DNA of 64,000 nt, taken from contig CM000150.2 of NCBI GenBank assembly GCA_000004695.1, forward strand, positions 480,001 through 544,000, written 5' to 3'. The notes beneath the pieces are model-generated. The model saw only the letters and a list, made by a program, of their open reading frames with translations. It was not told the DNA's origin and searched no databases. Position numbers and translations under genes: made by a program. Within the stretch, counting starts at the first letter, position 1. Every line of letters starts with the position of its first letter. This document shows positions 40,101 to 53,107 of this stretch, piece by piece. The stretch is from Dictyostelium discoideum (taxonomy: Eukaryota).

Positions 40101-40454
40101 TTATTTTTTTTTTTTTTTTTTAATTTGTTTGTTTGTTTGTTTGTTTACTACTTGTGTGTGGTTTTGATTTTTTTTTTGATGTTTTGTTGGATGATTTTTA
40201 TTTGATTGATTTCCCATACCTGAAATATGTTTTCTTTTTTTTGAAATTTTTCCTGTTATTTTTTCTTCTTTATTACAAGTAATTTCATTAATTGTTTCTT
40301 GTGATTCATTTTTTAGAGTCGTATCTTTTGTGTGTACTTTATCAATAACAATTGATTCTTGAATACTATTATTTGGATGATGGTTATTGCTGTTGCTGTT
40401 GCTATTGTTATTATTATCATTATTATCTTTAAGATCTTTAGTATTATTAACCAA
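40101..40454 (-). CDS. Hypothetical N/K-rich small basic ORF; start unresolved (track start is TTG) and the frame stays open upstream to about 40600
   Basis: Low-complexity, coiled-coil-like (…NRKIEKLTEELELVNNTKDLKD…). Downstream of, and on the same strand as, the Nudix gene. Could be an independent gene or a mis-split exon. Confidence 0.2.
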   Translation of the reverse strand: MVNNTKDLKDNNDNNNNSNSNSNNHHPNNSIQESIVIDKVHTKDTTLKNESQETINEITCNKEEKITGKISKKRKHISGMGNQSNKNHPTKHQKKNQNHTQVVNKQTNKQIKKKKKK

Positions 40455-40646
40455 TTCAAGTTCTTCAGTTAATTTCTCTATTTTTCTATTATATTTATTA
40501 ATTTTTTTTTCGTTATTTAATGTATTTAATTTATTGTTAAAGTTTAATTTTCCTTTTATTTTTTTATTTTTATTTTTATCTAGTAACCTTTTATTAAAAT
40601 TATTTTAATTAGTAATGAGGAAAATAATAAAAAAATAAAAAATAAA

Positions 40647-40701
<55 letters not shown>

Positions 40702-40750
40702 CAAAACATTGTTATCTTTTTTTAATTTAGTTATTGTTTATTAATTTAGT

Positions 40751-40971
40751 TTAATATCCGTACAAACCACTACCACCAATTCTATTGGAACTATCTTGAT
40801 TTTCATTATTACGACTGTTATTATTATTGGTATTGGTATTAATACTAGTAATATCTTTATTTTTATTTTTATTTCTATTATACTTGTCTTTGTTTTTATT
40901 ATTATTATTATTTTTATTAATATTATTATTATTTTTATTATTATTAGTAGTAGTAGTTGTTGTTGTTGTAG

Positions 40972-41003
<32 letters not shown>

Positions 41004-42397
41004 GTATTATTAGTATTATTTATTCTATTATTATGTTTTTTACTATCTTCTATATAATTTTCATTAATTTTCTTATTAATTAAAGTAAAATCTAAATTTT
41101 CTTGTTGTTGTTGTTGAGATTGTGTTAATAACTCTCTAAAGTATGGTTTAAGGAAACTAAGCATTGAAGAAAAGAATTTTATACATTCACCATTTGAACC
41201 ATCAGGACGTAAAAAGAAAGGAGAAAAAAAAGTACATTTGAAAACCTCTTTTTGATCAACCCATTCTAAAAACAATTGATCAGTATGTTTCATAGAGGTA
41301 CGATCAACCGATTTAAATAAATCAGGTATATTTGAATCAAATGGTATTGGTGCACAAAATAAAACATACTTTGAATTTGGTATCCAAAATTTTTGAGTTT
41401 TTTCCGATTGAAATAGTTCTCTATACTCTTGAAGTGAATTTTCAAAGATGAAACCAGTCTCTTCATTGAATTCTCTGGTGGCGGTATCTATTGCAATCTC
41501 ACCATTTTCAATCTTTCCACCAAATGGTAAGAAAACTTCATTGGTAAGCGATGAATTTGGATTCTTTTTTCTCTTTTCAGTTCTATCTTCACATCCCATT
41601 AAAAATTTGATTTTACCTTGATCAATTGAAAATAATAAAACACCAGCTGCTTTATAATTTTTATCAACTTCATCTGGTACTATAGTAAATGATGAATTTT
41701 TTGAAAAGATACCTTGAGTTTTATTTTCTTTTTGTTGTGGTTGTTGTTGTTCATTTTGTAGTTGTTCATGTTGTAGTTGTTCATGTTGTAGTTGTTCGTG
41801 TTGTCCACTGCTATAATTTCTTTGTTGTTGTCTATATGATGAAGATGATGAAGATGATGATGAAGATGAAGATTTATAACTATTTACATAATTTTTTTGT
41901 TCATTACCATAATAATTTGCTGATCGATTATTTTGTCTACTCTCTGAATAATAGTCTCTGCTATTGTCATCATAATCCTTTGTGCTATTATAACTTGATC
42001 TTTGTTGTTGTTGTGTAGAATAATTTCTATCTTGGTCATATCCTCTGTTGTTATTATTACCATAATAATCATCTCTATAATTTTGGTAGTGTCTGCTTTG
42101 ACTGTTATGGTCAAATCTAACTTGGCCACTATTGTAGTTATCATTGTAACTGTTGTTATTGTAATTGTCGTATCTATTGTTATTATTACTATTATTATTA
42201 TTATAGTTATTATTATAGTTATTATTATTATTATTATAGTTATTATTATTATTATAATCTCTATTATAATCTCTATTATTGAAGCTATTACGATCCCCCA
42301 TTGTTGAATATTTATTAAAATTTAGAAGGAAAGGTTTGGTATTTGAAATTGAGTTTTTCAATTGAATAGTTGATAATTGAATTCTAGAAGGGATCAT
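40751..42397 (-). CDS. Nudix hydrolase domain protein with a long N/Y/S-rich low-complexity N-terminal region, 548 aa
   Basis: Canonical Nudix box GGKIENGEIAIDTATREFNEETGF (G-x5-E-x7-REUxEExGU) within ...GVLLFSIDQGKIKFLMG.... ATG at 42397. Poly-S and (NNY)n tracts upstream of the domain. Confidence 0.7.
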
Positions 42398-42602
42398 ATT
42401 TTTTTTTTTAGAAATAAAAAAAAAAATAATAGTTAATAAAAAAATATAAACTTTTTTTTTTTTTCTTTTATCTATACAAACAAAAAGATGAGTTTTTAAA
42501 TAAAGAAATTTATTATGTGTGTGTTTTGAAAAAAAAAATTGAAATGAATCTAAAAAAAGTTTTTTTTAAAAAAAAATTTCAAAACTCTTATTTTTTTTTT
42601 AT

Positions 42603-42641
<39 letters not shown>

Positions 42642-43163
42642 TTAACCAAATTGGGATGTTTCAAACAAAAAATAAAAAAATAGAATATTAGAAAAGAAAT
42701 TTGAATTTCAATGCCCATCTTTAATCATGGTTTTATTAATTAAAAAAAAAAAAAAAAAAAAAATTAAAGAATAAAAAAAAAAAAAATAATAAAATAAAAT
42801 TAGAAATCAAATAAATTAATAAAAAAATAATAAAATAAAATTTTAAAATAATAATAATAATAATTATATCATATTCATTTTGTATTTTTTATTTTTTTAT
42901 TTATTTTTATTTTTTTTTATTTTTTATTTTTTTTTTTTAAAAATATTAAAATACTAATACGAGAATTATTTGAAAAAAAAAAAAAAAAACACTTTCGTTA
43001 AAATTTTAAAAAAAAATCAAAAGATATTTTGAAAAACGGGTGGAAAAAAAAAAAAAAATCGAAAATTTTTTTTTTTTTTTTTTTTTTTATAAACACTAGT
43101 GTTTTTTTTTAATTATCAAACCATAACACTATTATCTAATAAAAATAATAATAATATAATAAA

Positions 43164-43493
43164 ATGAATAAGATTTCATTTGAAATGGTTGATTTAAGAG
43201 AATCATACGACTATGAATTATTGAAAAGGTTTTATAATGAATTAATGATTCCAAATTTTCCAGATGAAAATGAATTAGAACCTTTAGAAAGTTGGGTTGA
43301 AATGTTTGGAAATTTAAATGAAAATAATAATAATAATAATAATAACAATTTAAACTTTTTTAACAATGACAATAACCAAGAAACTATTAATATAAATTTT
43401 GAAAATAATTTATTTTTTGGATCAAATGGTGCTGATGGTGCTGATATAATTGAATATCAAGAAGAAGAAGAACAACAACAACAACAAAAACAA

Positions 43494-43526
<33 letters not shown>

Positions 43527-45381
43527 CTCGATAAAAAAAATAATGAAGATGATGAAGAAAATATTGAATTTCATATAGTTTTATCAATTTGTTCAGAAAA
43601 AGATAGAATTGAAGGACAATCTAATATATTGGGTGGTATTGTATTTGAATATTATCCATCAATAAATTGTGGTTGTATAACTTATATATTGGTTAATGAT
43701 AATTATCGTGGACTTGGGATAGCGAGTAAATTATTAAAAGAATCAAATAATAGATTCAACGATATCGCTAATCGATTTGGACATCTTTCTGGATGTAATG
43801 CAATATTCTTAGAGACAAATTCCGCAGAGAGGGTCAAACCAGAGAATGACGTAATGGATCCATCTAAACGTCATTCAATATTCCATAAAATGGGTATCAG
43901 GTTACTAGATTTCGATTACATTCAACCACCATTATCAAATGATAGTAATAAATGTAAAGATTTATTATTACTATGTTTATTAACTCAAAATATACCAAAA
44001 CAACAAAAATTGAAAATAAATAATAATAATAATAATAATAATAATTCAATTGATAGATATTATTATTTACCAAGTTTATTATTGGAGAGTTTTATTAAAG
44101 TGTTTTGGAAATCATGTTATTCTAGAATCACCCCTAAAATCAATTGGAAAAAAGATGTTGATTATCAAAGAATGGTAGATCAATTAAAGAGAAGAGAAAT
44201 AATACCGTTATTAGATTTACCTTGGAATAGACCTTGGACATTGGTTGACTTAAGAGATAGTTTCAATTCAAATAGATCATTAATCACTAAATTTTATAAT
44301 CAAATTTTAGTACCAAATTTTAAAGGTCATCATGAATTAGAATCACTTGAATCTTGGTTTAAAATGTTACCATTAATAGATAATAATAGCAATACCAATA
44401 ATAGCAATTCTAATGCTAATAATTATAATAATGATTTCTTTCATTTATTAGTTGCATTAAGATATCTAAATGATGATATTGATCATAATCAAGAACCAAT
44501 CATTTGTGGTGGTATTGCATTTGAATATCATCCAAAATCAAATTGTGCATTAATTACTTACTTTTTAATTGGTGGTGGTGAAAATAATCGTTCTGAAATG
44601 ATGGCAAAAGCATTACTTCAAAGATCACTTGAAATCATTGAACAAAATGCAATCGATTGTGGTAATTTAGCTGGTTGTAATGCAATATTTATTGAAAATA
44701 ATAAAAATAATCATAATAATCAAAATAATCAAAATAATAATAATAATACAAAAGAATATTTAAATCAAGATGAAATCATTGAAATATCATATAATTCAGA
44801 ATTTTTAGAGAAATTAGGTTTTATGAAATTAGATTTTAATTATGTTCAACCACCATTATCATTTGAAAAAAGTTCAAGTAATTCTTTAAATTTATTAGTT
44901 TTATTAACTTCGAGAATACCACAAACTATTGATTTAAATTTAATTGAAAATGAAAATGAAAATAATAATATTAATATTAATAATAATAATTATTTACCAA
45001 ATTCATTAATTATTAAATTTATTCAAACATTTTGGGAAAATACAATTAAAAGAAATGAAATTATAAATTTAAATTTATATGAAAATGATTTAAATTTTAA
45101 TATTATGATGGATAGTTTAAAAAGGAAATCTAAAATCCAATTATTAAAATCATCATTAAATTCAAGTTGGGATAATAATTTCACATTAATTGATTTAGCA
45201 GTTGATTTCCATCAAGATTTATTCGACCAATTTTATAATTCATTACCATTTAATAATGAAAATCAAAATCAAAATAATAATAATTATTTAAATATTGAAC
45301 CTAAATCAATATTACAAAAATCCTTATTAAAGAAATCAAATTTTCAAGAAGATATTCATATTTTATTATTAGTTTCATATG

Positions 45382-45450
<69 letters not shown>

Positions 45451-46205
45451 TTTGCCCAACTATATATGGTTCAATTATTTTCTCATATTTTCCAATAAGT
45501 AATTGTGGTTTAATTTCAAATATTTTCATTAAAAGACCACCACCAAGTGAAAATATTAATAATAATAATGAGCATTTTACAAGTTTATATGGTTATTCAA
45601 TTAAAAATAAAAATTATGATATTGGTATTGAATTATTAAATGATTCTATTGGTATTATAAATAGAATATCAACTTCAAAAACTCATATATCCGGTCCGAA
45701 TGCTATATTTTTAGAATGTTCAACAATTACAAATAACTATAGTAGTAGTAATAATAGTAATAATAGTAATAATGATGATAATAGTATAGTTAATAATATA
45801 AAGAAATTTAATGAAAATGAAAATGAAGGTAATTTCATTCAAATTCCATTTAGTAATGAAATTAAAAATCAAGGTTGGTTAATATTAGATTTAAAATATT
45901 ATCAACCACCTAGAAACTCATTAAAATATATTCAAAGTAATGAAAATTTGGAAATATTAGAACAACCACCTTCATTATTATGCGTTTTAAATTGTTTACA
46001 ATTTCCTCACGATATTTCATTACCATCACCATCATTATATATCCCAAAAGATTTATTTAAAAAATTCTTAGCTTCATATTGGACTTCAATTTTCTCAAGA
46101 AATCAAATTTCAATTCAACAATATTCAACAAATAAAAAAAATAATACAAATATTAAATTAAATCAACAATTTAATGAAAAAGATAAAATTTTATTATTAA
46201 ATTAA
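43164..46205 (+). CDS. Protein of 1013 aa built from three tandem GNAT-like (N-acetyltransferase fold) modules
   Basis: Three collinear repeats of about 300 aa share (I/L)xGG(I)xFEY(Y/H)Pxx(N)C(G/A)xITY...(R)GLG(I)A(S)KLL...(S/A)GCNAIFLE...(K/L)(L)DFxY(V/I)QPPLS, at aa 150-260, 440-560 and 720-900. The R-x-x-G-x-G/A motif (YRGLGIASKLL) is the GNAT acetyl-CoA motif A. Confidence 0.55.
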
Positions 46206-46530
46206 TAAAATAAAATAAAGAATAAAGAATAAAATAAAATAAATAATAAATAATAATTCACGGGAAAAAATTAAATTAAATTATTCTATAAATTAATGAA
46301 ATTAGGCAATTTTATTATTATTAAATTAATAAAAAAAAAAATAGAGAATAAAGTAAAACAAAGAATAATTATAGAGAAAAATAAATTGATATTAATATTT
46401 ATTTTATTATAAATTAATAAAATAGGGTAATTTTTTTTATTTTTTAATGATTAAAATATGACAAAAACTGTTAAAAAATAAGAAATTACCAATTTTATTA
46501 ATTTCTTTTTTTCTGCGAATAATAATAATT

Positions 46531-46577
<47 letters not shown>

Positions 46578-46606
46578 AATATAATATATAATATTGTTTA
46601 ATTATT

Positions 46607-47617
46607 TTATTTTATTAATTTATCAAATTGTGATGATAATAATTGATAAGTATTTGGACCAGATTTATAATTTGAATCACCTTTAATTTTTGATAATAAT
46701 AATTTTGAATCAGTGTCTGAAATATAAGGGAATGCAATCATGTATGTTTCAGTATCAGGTTTAATATGTGATAAGTAAATTGAATCTAATGTATCTTTAA
46801 TTAATTTTGATTTATTAATATTTTTACCATTACAATTATAATAAATTTCTAATATTTTATTATAATGATTAATATTTAATATAACTTGATTATTTTCGTC
46901 ATTAAATTTCAATAAATTTAAATAGGAATCAACAATTTCAATTATTAAATTTTCAATTCTACTTTCTTGCTCTCTTGTCATTGAAATTGTATTATCATTT
47001 TGAATTTTATTTTGAACCTTAATAATTGAATCGAAAAATAAACTAAATTGATTATTTGTAATTTTTAAATTATTATTATCACTAAATAAAATTGAAAATA
47101 ATTTATCAAATTTTCTATATGATTTTGAATTAAATTCTAATATGAAATCTAATGTTACTTCATTATCACTATCATTATTATTATTATTATTATTATCTAA
47201 TTCTTCAATATATTTAGTAAATATATTATGATATTCATTTTTATTAATATCATTATCATATGAATATCTTGATAATATCATAAAATCATATAACTGTTTT
47301 CCAATTGGTTTGGTTTGATTTAAATAATTTTGAAAATCATCTTTTTTTGGAAATTTTTCAATTATTGATTCAATTGAATATAAATTTCTATTACTATTTT
47401 TTAAATTATCATTTAATATTAATTGTTCAATATCATTTGATTTACCACCACTACTACTACTATAATATCTATTGTTGATATTAAAAATATTATTATTATT
47501 ATTATTTTTATAGTTTCCAATACTACTGTAATTGATGATATTTAAAGTACATAAAAAAGAACAATTTGTTTTTATGGTAGACTTTTTAATTAACTTTTCA
47601 ATTTTTTGGATTTTCAT
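46607..47617 (-). CDS. Hypothetical 336-aa protein, possibly mitochondrial (basic N-terminus), N-rich
   Basis: Single ORF from ATG 47617. No recognisable motif. Confidence 0.45.
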   Translation of the reverse strand: MKIQKIEKLIKKSTIKTNCSFLCTLNIINYSSIGNYKNNNNNNIFNINNRYYSSSSGGKSNDIEQLILNDNLKNSNRNLYSIESIIEKFPKKDDFQNYLNQTKPIGKQLYDFMILSRYSYDNDINKNEYHNIFTKYIEELDNNNNNNNDSDNEVTLDFILEFNSKSYRKFDKLFSILFSDNNNLKITNNQFSLFFDSIIKVQNKIQNDNTISMTREQESRIENLIIEIVDSYLNLLKFNDENNQVILNINHYNKILEIYYNCNGKNINKSKLIKDTLDSIYLSHIKPDTETYMIAFPYISDTDSKLLLSKIKGDSNYKSGPNTYQLLSSQFDKLIK

Positions 47618-47772
47618 ATGTTTTTGTGTGTGTTTTGCTAAAAGTAAGCTTTTTATGAAAAAAACTATTTCAAAACAAAAAAAAAAAAAAATAAAAGAAA
47701 AATAAAAAAATGAAAAATGTTTAAAAAAAAAAAAAAAAAAATTTAACTTTTATTTTATAAACTTGCTGCAAA

Positions 47773-48397
47773 ATGAATTCTAATAATAATTCCCCCCAAA
47801 GAAAATATGATAATTATAACTATGGTTATCAATATAACCACAATAATAATTACCAATATAATCAAGATAACTACTGGTATAACAATCATTATAATAATAA
47901 TAATCAATATCAATATCAATATCAATATCAATATCAAAACTACAACGATCAACATGGTCAATATTCTCAAGATAATTCATGGTATGATCCAATTCCACCA
48001 AGTCCATTCTTCTTTGAAAATAACCACTATCAAAATGATATCAATTATAATAGAAATCAAATGATTCAAACTTTTAAAGGTTTATTTTTAAATCCAAAAG
48101 GAAATCAACAACCCTTTCCTCCCAATACTATAAACAAAATGTATAACCATAACAATCACCATCACCATCACCATCACCAACAACAACAACAAAACAATCA
48201 ATATGAAGAAAATATTTATAAACAAGACCATGAACACATTGAAAATGAAAATGAAAATGAAAATGAAAATGAAAATGAAAATGAAAATGAAAATGAAAAT
48301 GAAGAAACTTTATTTGAAGAAGAGAACCAAGAATACTGTGAAGAGTATGAAAATGATTATATTGATCATTCTGAAAACTATCATGATTATTATAACC

Positions 48398-48430
<33 letters not shown>

Positions 48431-48777
48431 GTGATGGCGATGGTGATGGTGATGGTTATTATAACAACTACTATGATGAAAATGAAAATGAAAATGAAAA
48501 TGAAAATGAAAATGAAAATGAAAATGAAAATGAAAATGAAAATGAAAATGAAGAATATGATATAATCAAAGAAGATAAAATAATAATTAATGATACAATA
48601 AAAAAGATAATAAAACAAAGCCAATTAAATATTAAACCTCAAAAAAGACAATCTATCATAAATCAAATTAGTGATATTGACTATAATTATAATATTGATC
48701 ATTTCAATGAAGAAACTAATAATAATAATTGTGATAGGGATTATATAAACATTATTGAAAATATTAAAAAAATCTAA
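47773..48777 (+). CDS. Low-complexity prion-like protein, 334 aa: N/Y/Q-rich, poly-His, (EN)n x2, (DG)n
   Basis: ATG 47773. (GAAAAT)n hexamer repeats at about 48245..48300 and 48481..48549 encode (EN)10-12. HHHHHHH tract. DYDYDYDGDGDGDGDG. Confidence 0.5.
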
Positions 48778-48937
48778 ATTTGCAAATAATTTTAAAAACA
48801 AATAAAAAAATAAAATCTGCATATATATTAGTAATAATTATTATTATAAAATAATTTTATTACTAGATATTTTTTTTTTTTTTTTTTTTTTTATGACTTA
48901 ATAATAAAATATAAATTATATTAAAATTATATATTCT

Positions 48938-48976
<39 letters not shown>

Positions 48977-49035
48977 TTTTTTTTTTTTTTATGACTTATA
49001 AAATTTACAATTGATTGTGGTCACAATTATTATAT

Positions 49036-49072
<37 letters not shown>

Positions 49073-49187
49073 GTTTGAGGTTTTGTATATGATGATAATG
49101 ATAATGTGTAGAATTTGAATATGATTGAAAGGTTGATTATGATGTGATGTATTATATTATTTATTATTATTATTATTATTATTTAAT

Positions 49188-49451
49188 TTAACCATGTTTT
49201 GATTTTACGACTCCTTTAGCACCTTTAGTACCACTGTGAGAACCTGCTGTCTTTGGATTGAATGCTGGTGCGAATTTTGGAACGAAAGGAATATCCTTCT
49301 TTTCACCACTGGTGTAATATAAGTATAATGCAATTAATCCAACTAAAATTGAAATTGGGTGGAAGATTAATTTAAGTAAGAAGAATGCCAATAAAAATGG
49401 TGTTTTAATTAAAAAAACAATTAATGATCCAATAAATCCGAAAAAGCCCAC
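49188..49451 (-). CDS. Small hydrophobic protein (2 TM) with a G/K-rich C-terminal tail; track start is GTG, so the true first exon or start is unresolved
   Basis: GFFGFIGSLIVFLIKTPFLLAFFLLKLIF...ILVGLIALYLYY...GTKGAKGVVKSKHG. Coding-like composition compared with the flanks. Confidence 0.3.
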   Translation of the reverse strand: MGFFGFIGSLIVFLIKTPFLLAFFLLKLIFHPISILVGLIALYLYYTSGEKKDIPFVPKFAPAFNPKTAGSHSGTKGAKGVVKSKHG

Positions 49452-50162
49452 TTGATATATAAAATAAAATAAAATAAAATAAAATAAATAAATAAATAAA
49501 TAAAATATATATATTAGGATATATTATTTCTTTGATTTCTCCGATTTCTTTTTTTATTTTTTAACAAATATTTGAATTGCATCATCAATCGCAATCGAAA
49601 TTAATGTTGATCATCAAATATTAATTTTAAATTTTTTTTATTTTAATTTTAATTTTAATTTTAATTTTTATAATTTGCAGAAAGGTAATTACTTTTTTTA
49701 TTATTTGATGTATTGTATGTACAATTGCAAAGGGGGTGAAAATTAATAAAAGTAAAAAAAAAAAAAAAATAAAAAAATAAAAAAAATAAAAAAAAAAAAA
49801 TAAAAAAATAAAAAAAAATAAAAAAAACAAAAAAAAAAAAAAAAAAAAAAATTAAAAAAAAAAAAAAATTATTTGAAGGTAGAAATTTTTTTAATTAAAA
49901 TATTTGAACTTCAAAATTTTTATTAATTTATTAATTTATTAGGTCAATTTATTAAATTATAAAAAAAAAAAAAAAGGAAATTAAATTTAATTAAATTTTA
50001 TGATAATGGGAATTGGACAAAAAAAAAAAAAAAAATAAAAAAATAAAAAAAAAATAAAAAAAAAAGTTTTATTTTAATAAAATAAGTAAAATAAATTAGT
50101 TATTGTTGTTTATAATAATAAATTTGTATAATTTTTTTTGAATTGAATTCCAACAATTTATT

Positions 50163-50252
50163 TTATTTTGTTTTTTTATTTTTATTTTTATTTTTATTTT
50201 TATTCTTATTATTACTGTTGCTATTATCATTTTTTAAATTTGAAAGTATATC

Positions 50253-50297
<45 letters not shown>

Positions 50298-50978
50298 TTC
50301 ATTTTTTTTATTATTTTTTGAATCTAATTTTTCAAATTCCAATTCTAAATTATTTATTCTTTCTTTAATATATTTTAATTTCTTATCATTTGAAGTTGAT
50401 TTTGGAGCATTCTTTAAGACTGATTTCTCTTTTCTTAATTGTTGAATTTCATTGATGACATACAAAGTTTTAAATTTATTTACATCCTTTGTTACAGGCA
50501 TAACCAATTCCTTTATTAAATATAATGTGAATAGAGCCAATATGATTGAACCACCCAATGAAATAAACTCACCTAAAAATGTAGGTGATGCATATAAAAC
50601 CACTGTTAATAAAATACAAATGAATATTGTAACAATTTGATTAAATATTGATGGTGTTGGTATCTCAAATCTATCTTGCTCAATTCTATCTAATTTCTCT
50701 TTTTCTTCATTTGATGATTTCTTAATTTTATTTTCTTTTTCTTCATGTTCTTCTTCTTCTTCTTCTTCATCAGATGAAACTTTTTCTTTTTTATTTTTTT
50801 TATCTTTTTTATTTTGTTTTGGTGATTCAATTACTGATGATTTATTATTTTTATTCTTTTTTGTTTTTTTAGTAATTGACGATGATGTAGATTCATTTTC
50901 ATAATCATCTTCATCACCAAGTACTGCAAATATATTGTTATTATTTGTATTATTTGATAATGGCTTTGACTTTGCCAT
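50163..50978 (-). CDS. Hypothetical 271-aa protein: acidic/Ser-rich N-terminus, two central TM helices, C-terminal coiled coil and N/K-rich tail
   Basis: ATG 50978. Hydrophobic hairpin IVTIFICILLTVVLYASPTFLGEFISLGGSIILALFTLYLI. Confidence 0.45.
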
Positions 50979-51129
50979 TTTTTTTTTTTTTAAAAACTTT
51001 ATTGAATTAAAATAAAATAAAATAAAATAAATAAAAAAAATTAAAAAATAAATAAAAAAAAAAAATTAAAAAATAAATAAAAAAAAAATAAAAAAAAAAA
51101 AAAAAATTTTTGGAAGTGCAACACCAGCC

Positions 51130-51170
<41 letters not shown>

Positions 51171-51857
51171 AAAATGGGAATATTAACTAAAAAAACATGG
51201 TGGTGTGTGAATAAGGGAAAATTAAAAAATATATATCAAAGAAACATTAAGTACTTTTTGAAGAAAAAAAATATATATATTTATTTAATAATCAAAACCA
51301 GGGTTAATTGATTAAAGAATATAATTTTAATATTTTTTTTTTTTTTCTTTCAGGGAAAAAAAAAAAAGCCAAAAAAATAAATGGATAATCACCTATAATT
51401 TTAAAATAAACCAAAACAAAACAATAATAATAATAAAAATGTTATTTTCTTTTAATGAAATTCAAATCCAAAATCATTATTGTAAATAAATTACTAAAAA
51501 AAAAAAAATAAATAAAAACAAAAATAAATAAAAAAAGTTTTGAATCACAAAAGCAACGCACCAATCGAAATTCAAATCGAGATATTTTAAAAACAATACA
51601 ATTTTTTTTAAAAAATTTTGATTTTATAAAAAATGACCAATCAGCTGGCAATCAGAAAAAAAAAAAAAAAAAAAAGAAAAAAAAGAAAAAAAAAAAGTTT
51701 CGGCCTACTGAAAAAAGATATTTTTGAAAAAAAAAAAAAGAAAAAAATAAAAAAAATAAAAATAAAAATAAAAAAATTGCTTTTGAACAAAATTTTTCAA
51801 CCGCTAAAATAAAAGAAAGAAAGCTTTGAAACCAATCGTTTGTTTGTGCGTAGTCAA

Positions 51858-51904
<47 letters not shown>

Positions 51905-52156
51905 AACTGTTTTTTCTACTATTCTTTTTCTCTTTTTTTTTGATTTACAACTTTAGAAAATCAGTTTTTTTTAATATTATTTTTTATTTTTTTATTTTTT
52001 TTTTTTTTTGTTTTTTTTTTTTTTTTATTTTATTGTAATAATAGATTGTACCTATACATATATATTTATATATTAAAATATTAATATATATTTACTATTT
52101 ATTTTTTTAAAAAGTAAATGTTTTAGTTAGTGTCAAATAACCATTGAATTTTTTTT

Positions 52157-52192
<36 letters not shown>

Positions 52193-52404
52193 TAGCTTAA
52201 ATACATATACATACATAAACACACCTTGTACATTTTAATAAATCTTTTTTTTTTTTTTTTTTAAATATCTTTAAAATCTCAAGTTAATCACCACAATAAT
52301 TATTTTTTTAAAATTCCAACAAAAAAAAAAAAAAAAAGACGACAAGACTTGCGATTTTTAAAAGTAAAAATAAAAAATAACTAAAAATAAAAAAAAACAT
52401 CTTC

Positions 52405-52450
52405 ATCATCACCCAACCACACACACAAACACACACACAAACACACAAAG
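52405..52450. promoter_or_regulatory. CA-rich element (acacacacaaacacacacacaaacacacaaag) about 650 bp upstream of the channel-RasGEF start
   Basis: A C/A-rich block is highly unusual in this AT-rich intergenic context. It resembles the C/A-rich regulatory elements described for Dictyostelium developmental promoters. Confidence 0.25.
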
Positions 52451-52730
52451 CCTAATATCCTCACATTCACAACAAACAAACAAACTTAACTTAACTTAAT
52501 TAATACCAAACAGAATTAGTATTGTTATTTTTATTATTTGGTTTTAAAAGATATAATATTTAAAATCAATTTTTGTTGTTGTTTTTTTTTTAAAAAAAAT
52601 ATATATATAAATATAAAACCACCCATACATATACACATAAACACTTATATATATATATATAACGATAACTGTATCCCACTTTTTGTTATTTATAACAACA
52701 ATAAATAATAATATAAATAATAATAATATA

Positions 52731-52824
<94 letters not shown>

Positions 52825-53107
52825 TAAAAAATATAAAGACAAAAAAGGGGGTTGTGTATATATATAATTTTTTTTTTTTTTTTTCTAAACACATTTTAAT
52901 ATATTTTTTAAATAATTATTTTATTATTTTTTTTTTTTAAAATAAAAAATAATAACCATTTTATTTTTTTAATCAAATATTTTGGTTTACTATTTTTTTT
53001 ATTCAATTTGTTTTTTAAAATTTCACAACAAACCAAGGAAAAAAAAAAAAAAAAACTATATAAGTAAAAAAAAAAAAAAAAAAAGGAAAAAAAAAAAGGA
53101 AAAAAAG

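Noticed and set aside
40620-40700. Homopolymer A tracts of 45-60 nt (40641..40700, 21580..21635, 20341..20385) as possible retroelement poly-A tails
   Set aside because: No adjacent ORF, target-site duplication or retroelement sequence. Long oligo(dA/dT) runs are the norm in Dictyostelium intergenic and intronic DNA.
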